Of a stretch of DNA of 41,689 bases, positions 32,861 through 41,644 are shown in pieces. Each line of letters begins with the position of its first letter. Positions within the stretch are counted from its first letter, which is position 1. The stretch comes from a virus. Below the pieces are notes generated by a model. The model was not told where the DNA came from. It saw nothing but the letters and a program-made list of their open reading frames with translations, and did no database searches. Made by a program: the position numbers and the translations under genes. The stretch is taken from IMG/VR virus record IMGVR_UViG_3300045988_150364. One strand, written 5' to 3'.

Positions 32861-35800
32861 TGTCGACAGCGAGAGAAAAAATGCTGGCAAAGTTTGCAAA
32901 TAAACCGGTTCTTGAAAATAAAGGATTCTTTCAAAGAGCTGCGGAACGTGTAACTGAGAATTATTTAAATAGTCAGGGAGAAGTTGAACCGTCATTAGAA
33001 GAACAGATGGAAGATGTAACTGCAGAAGAAAGAGGTAAATTTTTTGCGGATGCAGGAACTCGGATAGGAGAGGCAATAGAAAATTTTGCTACAGGAGCTG
33101 TACAAGGCGCACAAGAGGTCGGTAGGCAAGCTAATCGGCTTGCTGCAGCTAATCCACTTGCTTTGACTGGTACACCTATGCAAGAAGGATATACAAATGC
33201 GCCAGTACCTACACAAACAAAAGAACAGGAGAAAGCAGGGGAGCTATATAAGAAGGCTACAGGCAATTTCGCGGAAGAAACTATAGCGCCTGCTGCAATG
33301 GCTACAGCACTGTTAGCCCCAAGTAGTTTTGCTGCACCTGTACTTTCTCCATTTGTTTTGTCCAGTTTACAAACCAATATAAATAAAAGCGGTGCTAAAG
33401 GCGTACTTGATACTGCAACTGAATTTTTACCCGGTGCAGGTGCTTATCAAGTGGCAACACAGGAAGGAGCAACGAAATATGCAAGAGAACGTCCAGGAGC
33501 CTTTGCAGTTGATATAGTAGCCAGTTTATCACCTGATGTGCTGGGATTCAAAGCTGGGAAACACGCTGTAAAAGATAGCGTTCCTAATTACAGGATGTCA
33601 ATGTCCTCTTTGTTAGGGGAAACCGAAAGAAGAACGGCATATACTGCATCAAAAATTTTGCATAATATATATAACAATAGTAAAGAAAATCTACCTGAAT
33701 TTAAAATGCAAGAGGTTACTGTAGAGCCGTTAAAGGATACTCGTAAAGTCCAAGGTATGTTAAGCGAAAATCAAAGTCTGCCAGAGGTAAAATTAGTTAT
33801 TGATGAGCAAAACTTTGCAAAAAATGTTGATGCTATTGTTCAAAATACCTATAAAGGCGACAGTGCTGTCCCTGTTATGTCTACTCCATTAGCTTTAGAA
33901 CTGGCTGGTGCTGAAATATTACCTATTGAAATCAGTCCTAAAAACTTAAAAAAAATAACCATAGGCAAACATAATATTGCTAATGGTGAAGGTATGACTC
34001 CAGAGATTGTTAAACAAATACCACGAGCCTTAACTGATCCAATTATGATTTTTGATGCTGAGTATAGCGGCAAAAAAGGCGAAAAGAGAATAATTGCAGT
34101 ATTAGATTTAAAGGATGAAAATGATACAACGATCGTAACTCCATTTGAATTAAAACAGAGAAATAATAAAAAAGGATACGAAATCAATGAAATGCTTAGT
34201 GCTTTTGGTAAGGAGGATAAAGTTACTAAGCAACAGGCTACTAAATGGTATGAAGATAATGTATTAGCTGGCAGATTGCGGTATATAAACAAAGAAAAAA
34301 CTGCCGAGTGGCTCAAATCCGCAAGGGACGAATACCCAATGTTGGAAAGAGCAGTCGACAGTTCTCTTACTTTAAATATACCTACTGAGAAGGATTTTGT
34401 CAACCTGAAAAATAGAAAGACAGAACAATATTCTTTAGGGAATAAGTCAACTGGAGAAGAAGCTACTTTCGGTCGATCTGGAAAAACAAAAACATGGGGA
34501 GAAATTAAACCGGTTACTAGAAAAGAGGTTGAAGCTGCTTTTAATGCAATCGTTCCAGTTCGTGTCGGAGGTGTTGATGAAAAATATAAAGGGTTGTTTA
34601 AAGTTGGCCCAGAAGTTGTAAGAAGTAGGGCTTTTGCTGATTATGCTACATACTCACATGAAATTGGACATTTTTTAGATAAAAAATTAGAAGTCAAAGG
34701 TAGCGATGCAGAACTTATTGCTGGAGCGGAGAATGTATGGGGGAATAATAGCGTATTTAGAGAATATAATAATGCTGAAAAACGTGCAGAGGGTATTGCT
34801 GAATTTACAAGGCAAATACTTGCTGACCCAGAAATGGCAGAAAGGAATTTCCCTAAATATTACGAGAATTTTATTCAGGCTTTAAGGAACTCTAACAATA
34901 AAGACTTAGCTAAAAAGTTTGATAGGCTTGCTGATGTAATGCGTCGTTATTCTCTGCAAAGCGATCAGGCAAGGGGAAGAGCTTCTATATCTTTTGCTGA
35001 TGATTTAAATTTAAAGAGCATTACCCAAAAGGCAGAAGATGTTTTGGCGGACGCATATAAGTATGCGGTTGATGATAAAGACCCTATAAATAAATTTGTT
35101 GAAGCTGTTATTGACAAGACTGGTAAAGAGTTACCATATGAGGATAATCCTTATTTGCTTGCAAGAAGTGCTGCAAGCAGTGCAAAATCAAGGTCAACAA
35201 TGCTTTTGGATGATAAGGGTAAGCCGACAGATGTTATTGAGGCTTTAAATAAAGTCTATAATAACAAATTAAAGTATGCGGTTACATTGCAGGATATTTT
35301 AAAAGAAGTGGATAGTGTAAAGTTTTCTAAAGATTATCTGCGGAGTAATGGATATAAAGATAATCGGCAGGCATTTTCTACATACTTAGTAGCTAAACGA
35401 CAGCTTGAGTTACAAAGCATTCATAAAGAATATAATGGATCTATGGAGAAGAATATTGCGGCAAGTATTGTAGAAAATGCTCCTAAAGAGTTTATTAGTG
35501 CTTCAGAAAAGGTTCATCAACATTTTGATAATGTGCTGTCAATTTTAGAAGATAGTGGAATTATTAGTAAGGAACAGCATAATACATTAGCAGAAAAGTA
35601 TAAAAATTATGTCCCTATGTATAGAGATAGAAGAATGGAGGATGTGAAAATACCTGGTTATAAACCAAAGTCAGGACTTGCGAATGTTACAAACCCAATA
35701 AAAGGGTTAAATGAATATGGCATTAATAGAAATGTTATTGATCCGTTAGATAGTTTAATTGCCTATACACAGAAGTCTGTGGATGCTGCAGAACGAAATA

Positions 35801-37443
35801 AAGTAGGGCTTGCGTTATCAAGACTAAAAGATGTAGAAGGCATTGGTAGTTATTTAGAGGAGCGACCAGACTTAGAAGGTAAAGGATCTCCAGAGAATTT
35901 TGTGTTTACTGTATGGGAAAATGGTGAAAAGAAATCATATCAAACAGCGCCAGAATTATATGATGCAATGGTTAATTTAAGTTTGCCAACATTTAATACT
36001 GTTGAAAAAGTATTTATGACACCAGCCGAAGTTATGCGTGCTGGTGCAACAGGAACACCTGCTTTTGGTCTTTTTAACCTTGCCAGAGATACTTTGACAT
36101 CTGTTTTGTATTCTAATAATACAACTATTCCTGTCATCGAACCGATTGGTAATACGATGTATGGCCTTTGGGAAGCATTGCGAAGCAATTACCATAAAAA
36201 AAGCAGCCTATATAGGGAGTTTGAAATTGCTGGTGTTCCGATGACGACACGTATTTCTACAGAAAGATCTAGTTTAAAATGGCAAAAATTACAAGAAGCT
36301 CCAGGTGTAAAATTGGGAACAATGCTTTACAAGGGGTTCCAGAAATTAAATCAGTCGCTAGAAGAAGCGGCCAGGTTAGGCGAATTTGCTGCAGGACGCA
36401 GAAAAGGAAAAAGTATTCAGGAAGCTGGATTGGAAGCGAAAGAAATAACTACAGACTTTAGCAGAGGTGGGAGTTTAGCGAGAAAATATAATAGATATGT
36501 TCCGTTCTTTAATGCGGCCATTCAGGGTACTGACAGGCTCATTAGAGAGGTTAAGGCTCATCCTGTGCGTTTAGGTGCCAGAGTAGGGACAGCAATAATA
36601 TTGCCGGCTTTATTTGAATGGGTGGCATTTCATGATGAAGATTGGTATCAGGATGTTCCTCAGGACATTCGAGATAATTATTTTATTGCAAGAATTGGAG
36701 ATGAAATAGTAAAAACTCCATTACCACAGGAAGTTGCGTTTTTAGCAGGCGGATTTAAAAGAAGTCTTAGTAAGTTGCTTGATGATAATCCGGATGCAAT
36801 GAATAAATGGGCTGCAAATACACTTGATACAATGCTGCCGGATTATATACCTGCTTTCATGAAGCCGTTTATAGAATGGCAGTCATCTTATAATTTCTTT
36901 ACGGAAAAGAATATCATACCTGTAAGTTTGCAGAATTTACCAGATAAAGAACAATATGATATTTATACAAGCATGACTGCAATAAAACTTGGTCAGGCTT
37001 TGAATGTCTCTCCGAAGAAAATTGATAACTTGATCCAGAATGTAGGTGCTACCGGGGCTGTTACTTTAAATGCTATGATTGGTGATTATGCTTTGGACCG
37101 TGAAAATGAGTTGCCCGCTAAATATATGAATGAACAGCCTATTGTTGGGCGGTTCGGTTATACGCCTGGTAAACGAAGCCAGAATATAGAGGATTTCTAT
37201 CAGCTTTATAGTGATACCAGTAAAGAGTTTAATGCCTATGGTAAGTTAGGTAAAAATGCTAAAAACTGGAATGGCTTAAAAAATGCAATGAAAAAAGTGC
37301 GTGCGCTTAATAAAAAACGGCAGACAATACTTAATAATCCTAAGTTGTCTGCTCAGGAGAAACGGGCGCAAATGGATAAGTACCAACAGGACATTATAAG
37401 GATTGCTACTATGGCAAACGAAAAGTACAGTTTAAAAGAATAA
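32860..37443 (+). CDS. Giant (1527 aa) probable internal/ejected polyvalent protein with zincin-like HExxH motif
   Basis: Start overlaps the previous stop (TAATG). Contains YSHEIGHFLD (HExxH), an Ala-rich N-terminal segment, and multiple domains; gp16-like size and position. Precise domain identities not verified. Confidence 0.5.
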   Translation: MSTAREKMLAKFANKPVLENKGFFQRAAERVTENYLNSQGEVEPSLEEQMEDVTAEERGKFFADAGTRIGEAIENFATGAVQGAQEVGRQANRLAAANPLALTGTPMQEGYTNAPVPTQTKEQEKAGELYKKATGNFAEETIAPAAMATALLAPSSFAAPVLSPFVLSSLQTNINKSGAKGVLDTATEFLPGAGAYQVATQEGATKYARERPGAFAVDIVASLSPDVLGFKAGKHAVKDSVPNYRMSMSSLLGETERRTAYTASKILHNIYNNSKENLPEFKMQEVTVEPLKDTRKVQGMLSENQSLPEVKLVIDEQNFAKNVDAIVQNTYKGDSAVPVMSTPLALELAGAEILPIEISPKNLKKITIGKHNIANGEGMTPEIVKQIPRALTDPIMIFDAEYSGKKGEKRIIAVLDLKDENDTTIVTPFELKQRNNKKGYEINEMLSAFGKEDKVTKQQATKWYEDNVLAGRLRYINKEKTAEWLKSARDEYPMLERAVDSSLTLNIPTEKDFVNLKNRKTEQYSLGNKSTGEEATFGRSGKTKTWGEIKPVTRKEVEAAFNAIVPVRVGGVDEKYKGLFKVGPEVVRSRAFADYATYSHEIGHFLDKKLEVKGSDAELIAGAENVWGNNSVFREYNNAEKRAEGIAEFTRQILADPEMAERNFPKYYENFIQALRNSNNKDLAKKFDRLADVMRRYSLQSDQARGRASISFADDLNLKSITQKAEDVLADAYKYAVDDKDPINKFVEAVIDKTGKELPYEDNPYLLARSAASSAKSRSTMLLDDKGKPTDVIEALNKVYNNKLKYAVTLQDILKEVDSVKFSKDYLRSNGYKDNRQAFSTYLVAKRQLELQSIHKEYNGSMEKNIAASIVENAPKEFISASEKVHQHFDNVLSILEDSGIISKEQHNTLAEKYKNYVPMYRDRRMEDVKIPGYKPKSGLANVTNPIKGLNEYGINRNVIDPLDSLIAYTQKSVDAAERNKVGLALSRLKDVEGIGSYLEERPDLEGKGSPENFVFTVWENGEKKSYQTAPELYDAMVNLSLPTFNTVEKVFMTPAEVMRAGATGTPAFGLFNLARDTLTSVLYSNNTTIPVIEPIGNTMYGLWEALRSNYHKKSSLYREFEIAGVPMTTRISTERSSLKWQKLQEAPGVKLGTMLYKGFQKLNQSLEEAARLGEFAAGRRKGKSIQEAGLEAKEITTDFSRGGSLARKYNRYVPFFNAAIQGTDRLIREVKAHPVRLGARVGTAIILPALFEWVAFHDEDWYQDVPQDIRDNYFIARIGDEIVKTPLPQEVAFLAGGFKRSLSKLLDDNPDAMNKWAANTLDTMLPDYIPAFMKPFIEWQSSYNFFTEKNIIPVSLQNLPDKEQYDIYTSMTAIKLGQALNVSPKKIDNLIQNVGATGAVTLNAMIGDYALDRENELPAKYMNEQPIVGRFGYTPGKRSQNIEDFYQLYSDTSKEFNAYGKLGKNAKNWNGLKNAMKKVRALNKKRQTILNNPKLSAQEKRAQMDKYQQDIIRIATMANEKYSLKE

Positions 37444-37447
37444 AAAT

Positions 37448-37524
37448 AAAACCGCTAAACTGATTGGAAACGAGAAGCCCGAATGGCTCATGCCGTTTTC
37501 AACAGATAGCGGTTTTATTTTTTG
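37448..37524. terminator. Bidirectional terminator between convergent genes (AAAACCGCTA ... TAGCGGTTTT outer stem, inner imperfect hairpin, A- and T-runs on both sides)
   Basis: 10-bp inverted repeat flanked by AAAAATAAAA and TTATTTTTTG between the end of the giant gene (+) and the end of the J-domain gene (-). Confidence 0.6.
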
Positions 37525-38721
37525 TTAAATATCATTCACAGATATTTCTGTAGTTTTAAAATTACCATAACGTACTTTATATAATGTTACCGACACCACA
37601 GAATAATTAATGCCATTTTCTGTCTCAGTTTCTTCCAAATCAAATGTTTGTGATTTCACACCTTGCGTTGCTTCTGTATTCTCATAAAGACATTTATAAC
37701 GGATTTCATACTTCCCTGCCTCTATATTTCTTAACACAAATTTATCATGTGAATTTATTGTAAATGCACGAACGGGCACTGATGTATCAGCGGTCCAAAG
37801 TCGTCCATAAATTGGTGTGTCATTCTTAGAATTATCTATCGTTAATTCGCAAAGACCATTATTTTTAAGAAGCGGACTGTTAGAAATATACTGTGTTAAA
37901 ATATTTTTCTTTGGTATTAAAACATTATTCTTAGTAATAGAATCTGTTGTATTCTTACTAACCTTTGGTATTGTCTTTTTCTTATCGCCAGAAATATCAA
38001 CAAAAAAATAAAAAGAAACAATAACAATAAGAGCTAATATACTAACTACGTAAAAATTATTAAATGCACTAACTCTTTTAACTGTTTTTTCTTCCGTTAT
38101 TGCTTTTTGTTTTTCAGCCTCTTTGTTAATAATATAATAGTTATCAACAAAATTTTTATTTGCTTCTGTGTTTTCGATCCATGGTCGAGCAATATCCATA
38201 CATCTTTTTGCCGAAACAAAATCATTTCCCCAAGTAAAAGATATGGCAAAATTATACATTACAAAAGCTATTGTTTCCTTTAATTTTGTATCTAAAAGGT
38301 TAGCATCAGATAAAAGTTTATATTCTACTGCTATTTCCTCATTAAATTGCTCAAGCAAAGACTCTGCTATTAGTTGATTTCTCCCAGCAGCTTCTGCTCT
38401 TTTTCTTATTTTAGTATTTAACATTTCATTGTATTTCGCACAATAAAAAAATATATTGTTTATCGCCTTTTCAAACGCATCATCTACTGTAGTATCATTA
38501 AAATGATTATGATTGAAATATTTTTTATCGTAGTCATTACGTCTATTAACATCCGACAACACAGAATAGGCTTCATTTATTTCTTGCATTTTTTCTGTAC
38601 AACTACCAATTTGATCAGATACATCAGGATGATATTTTTTAGCTAATGTCAAATATGCTTTTTTTATGATTTCTTGTGAAGCTTTAGGATGAACTTCCAA
38701 TATTGCATAATAATCTTTCAT
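37525..38721 (-). CDS. Membrane-anchored J-domain (DnaJ-like) protein with TPR-like cytoplasmic region and C-terminal extracytoplasmic beta-rich domain; moron
   Basis: 398 aa. N-terminal DYYAILEV...AS.EIIKKAYLTLAKKYHPD (J domain with HPD); TM helix FYVVSILALIVIVSFYFFV at about residue 215; markedly AT-rich; opposite strand to the late operon with its own extended -10 promoter. Confidence 0.75.
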   Translation of the reverse strand: MKDYYAILEVHPKASQEIIKKAYLTLAKKYHPDVSDQIGSCTEKMQEINEAYSVLSDVNRRNDYDKKYFNHNHFNDTTVDDAFEKAINNIFFYCAKYNEMLNTKIRKRAEAAGRNQLIAESLLEQFNEEIAVEYKLLSDANLLDTKLKETIAFVMYNFAISFTWGNDFVSAKRCMDIARPWIENTEANKNFVDNYYIINKEAEKQKAITEEKTVKRVSAFNNFYVVSILALIVIVSFYFFVDISGDKKKTIPKVSKNTTDSITKNNVLIPKKNILTQYISNSPLLKNNGLCELTIDNSKNDTPIYGRLWTADTSVPVRAFTINSHDKFVLRNIEAGKYEIRYKCLYENTEATQGVKSQTFDLEETETENGINYSVVSVTLYKVRYGNFKTTEISVNDI

Positions 38722-38746
38722 ATAACCTCATTCCTCACTTTTCAAA

Positions 38747-38757
38747 ATTATAACACA
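38747..38757 (-). promoter_or_regulatory. Extended -10 promoter element (TGTGTTATAAT on the minus strand) for the J-domain gene
   Basis: TGnTATAAT about 30 nt upstream of the GAGG RBS and ATG at 38721; -35 is weak. Confidence 0.4.
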
Positions 38758-39068
38758 TTTTATTTTAGAAATAAAACACTCATGAGGAAATTTGCAATCC
38801 GTAAAAAAGTAGTATATAATAAACAAAAAGAGACAGTCAGTGATCGCACGCTGGCTCTCCCTCATAATTGTAAAACGTGAAAGGAAGCCGCGCGCCACTG
38901 GTGTTAGCGGCTTATTTCATGGCTATTTACAGCCTAAAATGACAATAGCTATTAACGTACTAAAAGCAATCATCAAAGACAACGCTTCATAAGTTGACAA
39001 TAGCTATCACCCCCTGTAAGGGAAGCCAACACACTGACTATCTCAAAAAACATTATAACATACAATTA

Positions 39069-39104
39069 TGACGCTTAACAAAATTGTTAAGCGTCTTTTT
39101 TATT
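39069..39104 (+). terminator. Strong orphan rho-independent terminator (GACGCTTAACAA-AA-TTGTTAAGCGTC plus TTTTTTATTTT)
   Basis: Perfect 12-bp stem followed by a 10-nt T-run on the plus strand in an otherwise ORF-free 450-bp region; possibly the 3' end of a small RNA. Confidence 0.6.
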
Positions 39105-39190
39105 TTAGGGAATTATGGGGGAATATTGAGGGATTATAAGGGCCGATTTAACGGATAATATATTTAAGATAAATGAACGGAGGCAAGACT

Positions 39191-39613
39191 ATGAGTGGCA
39201 ATATGAATTTAGGAATTACAAGCAGTTCTGTACTTACTACATATCCACAAACGATGACTTGCATTGTAGATGGAACAAATATTATTCAGGTTGATTTTTA
39301 CGGAAACCGGCAGAGGATCGGAGTTACTCAAAGTGCGTATGATGAGTTAGAAAAAATCAGTAATGAATATTATAACAAGCTTGTTGAACTTAAAGTAATC
39401 ACTCCACCGAAAACGTCGGAAGAGATACAGCAGGAACAGACCCAGCTTATGGCAGATATGTTGAAAGAAATGCAGAATATGAAGCGTGAAATCGAGGTGC
39501 TTAAAAATGATCAATCCACAAGCTGTAGCACAAATGCTGAGACTAAACCAGCAGGACACGAACCGCCTTGCGGAAGCATGGGCGACGGCGATGAATGTAG
39601 CGAACAAGGTTAA
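39191..39613 (+). CDS. Hypothetical protein with coiled-coil and Cys-rich acidic tail
   Basis: Start set at MSGNMNLG with a GGAGG RBS; 140 aa. Confidence 0.5.
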   Translation: MSGNMNLGITSSSVLTTYPQTMTCIVDGTNIIQVDFYGNRQRIGVTQSAYDELEKISNEYYNKLVELKVITPPKTSEEIQQEQTQLMADMLKEMQNMKREIEVLKNDQSTSCSTNAETKPAGHEPPCGSMGDGDECSEQG

Positions 39614-39872
39614 TAGTAAGGGTGATGCGCTAAACGCTTTGGCTAAGAATGGTGTTAGTTCAGACATTGTTACTAAGGTCAATGGATATTTAAATAATCC
39701 TATGGCTGGATTTATTGCTAAGGCTGCTGGTGTAGATCTTAACAAAGTAAAAAATATAGTCGGTGATTTACAGGGAACCGGCGGAACTGTTCAGCCTGAT
39801 ATTAATCAAGGGCAACAGCCAAATGATAATTTAGCAAGGTTACGTGCGGGGTTACAACAGCTTAAACGCTGA
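39507..39872 (+). CDS. Hypothetical Asn/Gln-rich protein
   Basis: Candidate start MINPQAV with a GAGGTG RBS. Overlaps the previous gene by about 107 nt in another frame, so the true start could be an internal Met (MNVANKV). Confidence 0.35.
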   Translation: MINPQAVAQMLRLNQQDTNRLAEAWATAMNVANKVNSKGDALNALAKNGVSSDIVTKVNGYLNNPMAGFIAKAAGVDLNKVKNIVGDLQGTGGTVQPDINQGQQPNDNLARLRAGLQQLKR

Positions 39873-39910
39873 TGTGATAAATAAAATATCAAGAAAGGAG
39901 TTGTTTGCAG

Positions 39911-40417
39911 ATGGACGAAAAATATTATGGCGGTTTTAACACTTGGGGGATTGCTATCTTCTTGATTATCCTGTTTGCTGCTTTTTTAGGCAATCGTGGT
40001 GGTTGGAACAATAACGGTGCTGCTCCTGCATATGGTTGCAATGCTGTATCTAATTGCCAGGTAGAAAAACAGGGAATCATCGACAGCGCGCGTACTCAAT
40101 ATTTGATTGAGAATACTGCTCGTCAAACCCAAGAGCAAACTATGGCTGGCTTCTCTGCACTCGGTACGAAGATTGACTTTTATGAGTATCAAAACCTGCG
40201 TGATCAACTTGCTCAGGAACGTACGAAAAATGTCGTTCTGGAAAACCGCGTATACAGTGATGCTAAATTCAACGCTGTAGAAGCTCAATTGGCTTCTATC
40301 TCTTGCCGTATGCTTCCGAAACCTGAGGTTACTGGTATCGGCGCAGTTTGCCCGAATGCCGGCATTATCAATGGTTTGGGCATTAATAGCCTGAACGGCG
40401 GTTGCAACATGGCTTAA
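39911..40417 (+). CDS. Membrane-anchored extracytoplasmic protein with 6 Cys (possible surface/exclusion protein)
   Basis: 168 aa; N-terminal TM WGIAIFLIILFAAFL then a soluble domain with paired cysteines; AAAGGAG RBS; followed by a terminator. Confidence 0.5.
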   Translation: MDEKYYGGFNTWGIAIFLIILFAAFLGNRGGWNNNGAAPAYGCNAVSNCQVEKQGIIDSARTQYLIENTARQTQEQTMAGFSALGTKIDFYEYQNLRDQLAQERTKNVVLENRVYSDAKFNAVEAQLASISCRMLPKPEVTGIGAVCPNAGIINGLGINSLNGGCNMA

Positions 40418-40456
40418 AGGAGTTTAAAAGTAAGGCTCCGTCGTAAGACGTGATAC

Positions 40457-40485
40457 AGGGCGGAGAAATCCGCCCTATTTTTTAT
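40457..40485 (+). terminator. Rho-independent terminator (AGGGCGGA-GAAA-TCCGCCCT plus ATTTTTTAT)
   Basis: Read in the sequence. Confidence 0.65.
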
Positions 40486-40498
40486 AGGAGATGATAAT

Positions 40499-40897
40499 AT
40501 GTGTGGAAATAATGGATGTAAAGTATGTCCTAATTTAGTTGCCAGTACTGAGGTGGCAGTTGCTGCTAATGAATTGCAAATTACAATTCCGGCGATGACA
40601 ATAAATAATAATGAAAAGATTTGTTTGTTAATTGCCCAGGCAATCCCTGCAGGTGCTGATACACTGCCGGTAGTTATTTTAAATGGCACAGGCGGGACAG
40701 TAATTCAAATGATTAACCGTTGTGGTGACGGAGTAAGAGCAGATCAAATCCGCAGCAGAAAAATTTATAATTTGCGTGTGATGACAGAACCGCCCTTAGC
40801 AGTGGTTCGCAGTAATAATCTTTGCTGCACAGCTTTTGTATGGCCACAAATTACACCGCCTACAGTTACTCCATCGTCTGTTACTTTAAAGAAATGA
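40499..40897 (+). CDS. Hypothetical Cys-rich protein
   Basis: 132 aa; N-terminal CGNNGCKVC, later CC pair; TAGGAGATGA RBS. Confidence 0.5.
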   Translation: MCGNNGCKVCPNLVASTEVAVAANELQITIPAMTINNNEKICLLIAQAIPAGADTLPVVILNGTGGTVIQMINRCGDGVRADQIRSRKIYNLRVMTEPPLAVVRSNNLCCTAFVWPQITPPTVTPSSVTLKK

Positions 40898-40907
40898 GGC
40901 GTTGGCA

Positions 40908-41048
40908 ATGGGCAATTTATTGATTGGCTTTACAATAGCCTTTCTTTCAAGTAGAGAAGGTCAGGAAATAGCTAAAAAGGTTGCAAAGAAAGTGCTTGAA
41001 AATCTTTCGGAAAAACCTAAAAAGAAGGACGGTGAAGATAATGCATAA
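40908..41048 (+). CDS. Small membrane-anchored peptide (46 aa)
   Basis: ATG with a weak RBS; hydrophobic N-terminus then Lys-rich tail; its stop overlaps the next start (ATGCATAA). Speculative. Confidence 0.25.
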   Translation: MGNLLIGFTIAFLSSREGQEIAKKVAKKVLENLSEKPKKKDGEDNA

Positions 41049-41496
41049 GTACGATCATTATGCAGAGCATATTGACGGTGACAAATTAAAAGAAGAACAG
41101 GTTGATTATATTGTTTGCTGTGCATTAGAAAAAATCAAAGTCATCGATGAGGAAGATTACGAAGCTATAATGATGAAAATTCATTGTATAGCTTATGGTC
41201 CGCACTTTGACGAACACCTGGCCAAAAAGGCAGTCTCTGAAATGAAAAACGTCGATGGTACAAGTGGCGAGCATTGGACAGTAGAAGAAACAACCCGTGT
41301 CATGGATCAGAACGGTGTACATGCCAATAAGTACGACTGGTATTATTTAATGAATATGCTGCATAGCGATTATTCGAATCTCTGGGGAGAAGATGTTGCG
41401 CAGTATGTAAAATTTGCCAAGGCATACATCAACGATCCTGATGCTGGAGCAGGTAAAGTTTTTTATCTGTGGAGAGCTGGGAAGCATCATCATTAA
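41041..41496 (+). CDS. Hypothetical protein (151 aa), last gene before attR
   Basis: Start set at the Met of MHKYDHYAEH; the track ORF extends to 40981 from an upstream ATG. His/Asp-rich; no motif recognised. Confidence 0.45.
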   Translation: MHKYDHYAEHIDGDKLKEEQVDYIVCCALEKIKVIDEEDYEAIMMKIHCIAYGPHFDEHLAKKAVSEMKNVDGTSGEHWTVEETTRVMDQNGVHANKYDWYYLMNMLHSDYSNLWGEDVAQYVKFAKAYINDPDAGAGKVFYLWRAGKHHH

Positions 41497-41507
41497 TATG
41501 TAAAAAG

Positions 41508-41529
41508 TGGTCGCAGTTTTGGTCGCACT
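41508..41529. promoter_or_regulatory. Second copy of the 22-bp TGGTCGCAGTTTTGGTCGCACT motif (candidate arm-type integrase site, attR arm)
   Basis: Identical to 95-116 and in the same orientation. Confidence 0.45.
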
Positions 41530-41600
41530 TTAGTGTTTTTTAATGCCATTTCACGACTTCTTACGGCACTATCAAGAATATGATTCACAAAAAACAAAAA

Positions 41601-41642
41601 CCGTCAAAGCCCTTGAAAACTAGGCTTTGACGGTACTTTTTT
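41601..41642 (+). terminator. Terminator hairpin CCGTCAAAGCC-loop-GGCTTTGACGG flanked by A-run and T-run (bidirectional), abutting the tRNA 3' end at attR
   Basis: 11-bp perfect stem; AAAAACAAAAA upstream, TACTTTTTT downstream. Confidence 0.6.
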
Positions 41643-41644
41643 GC

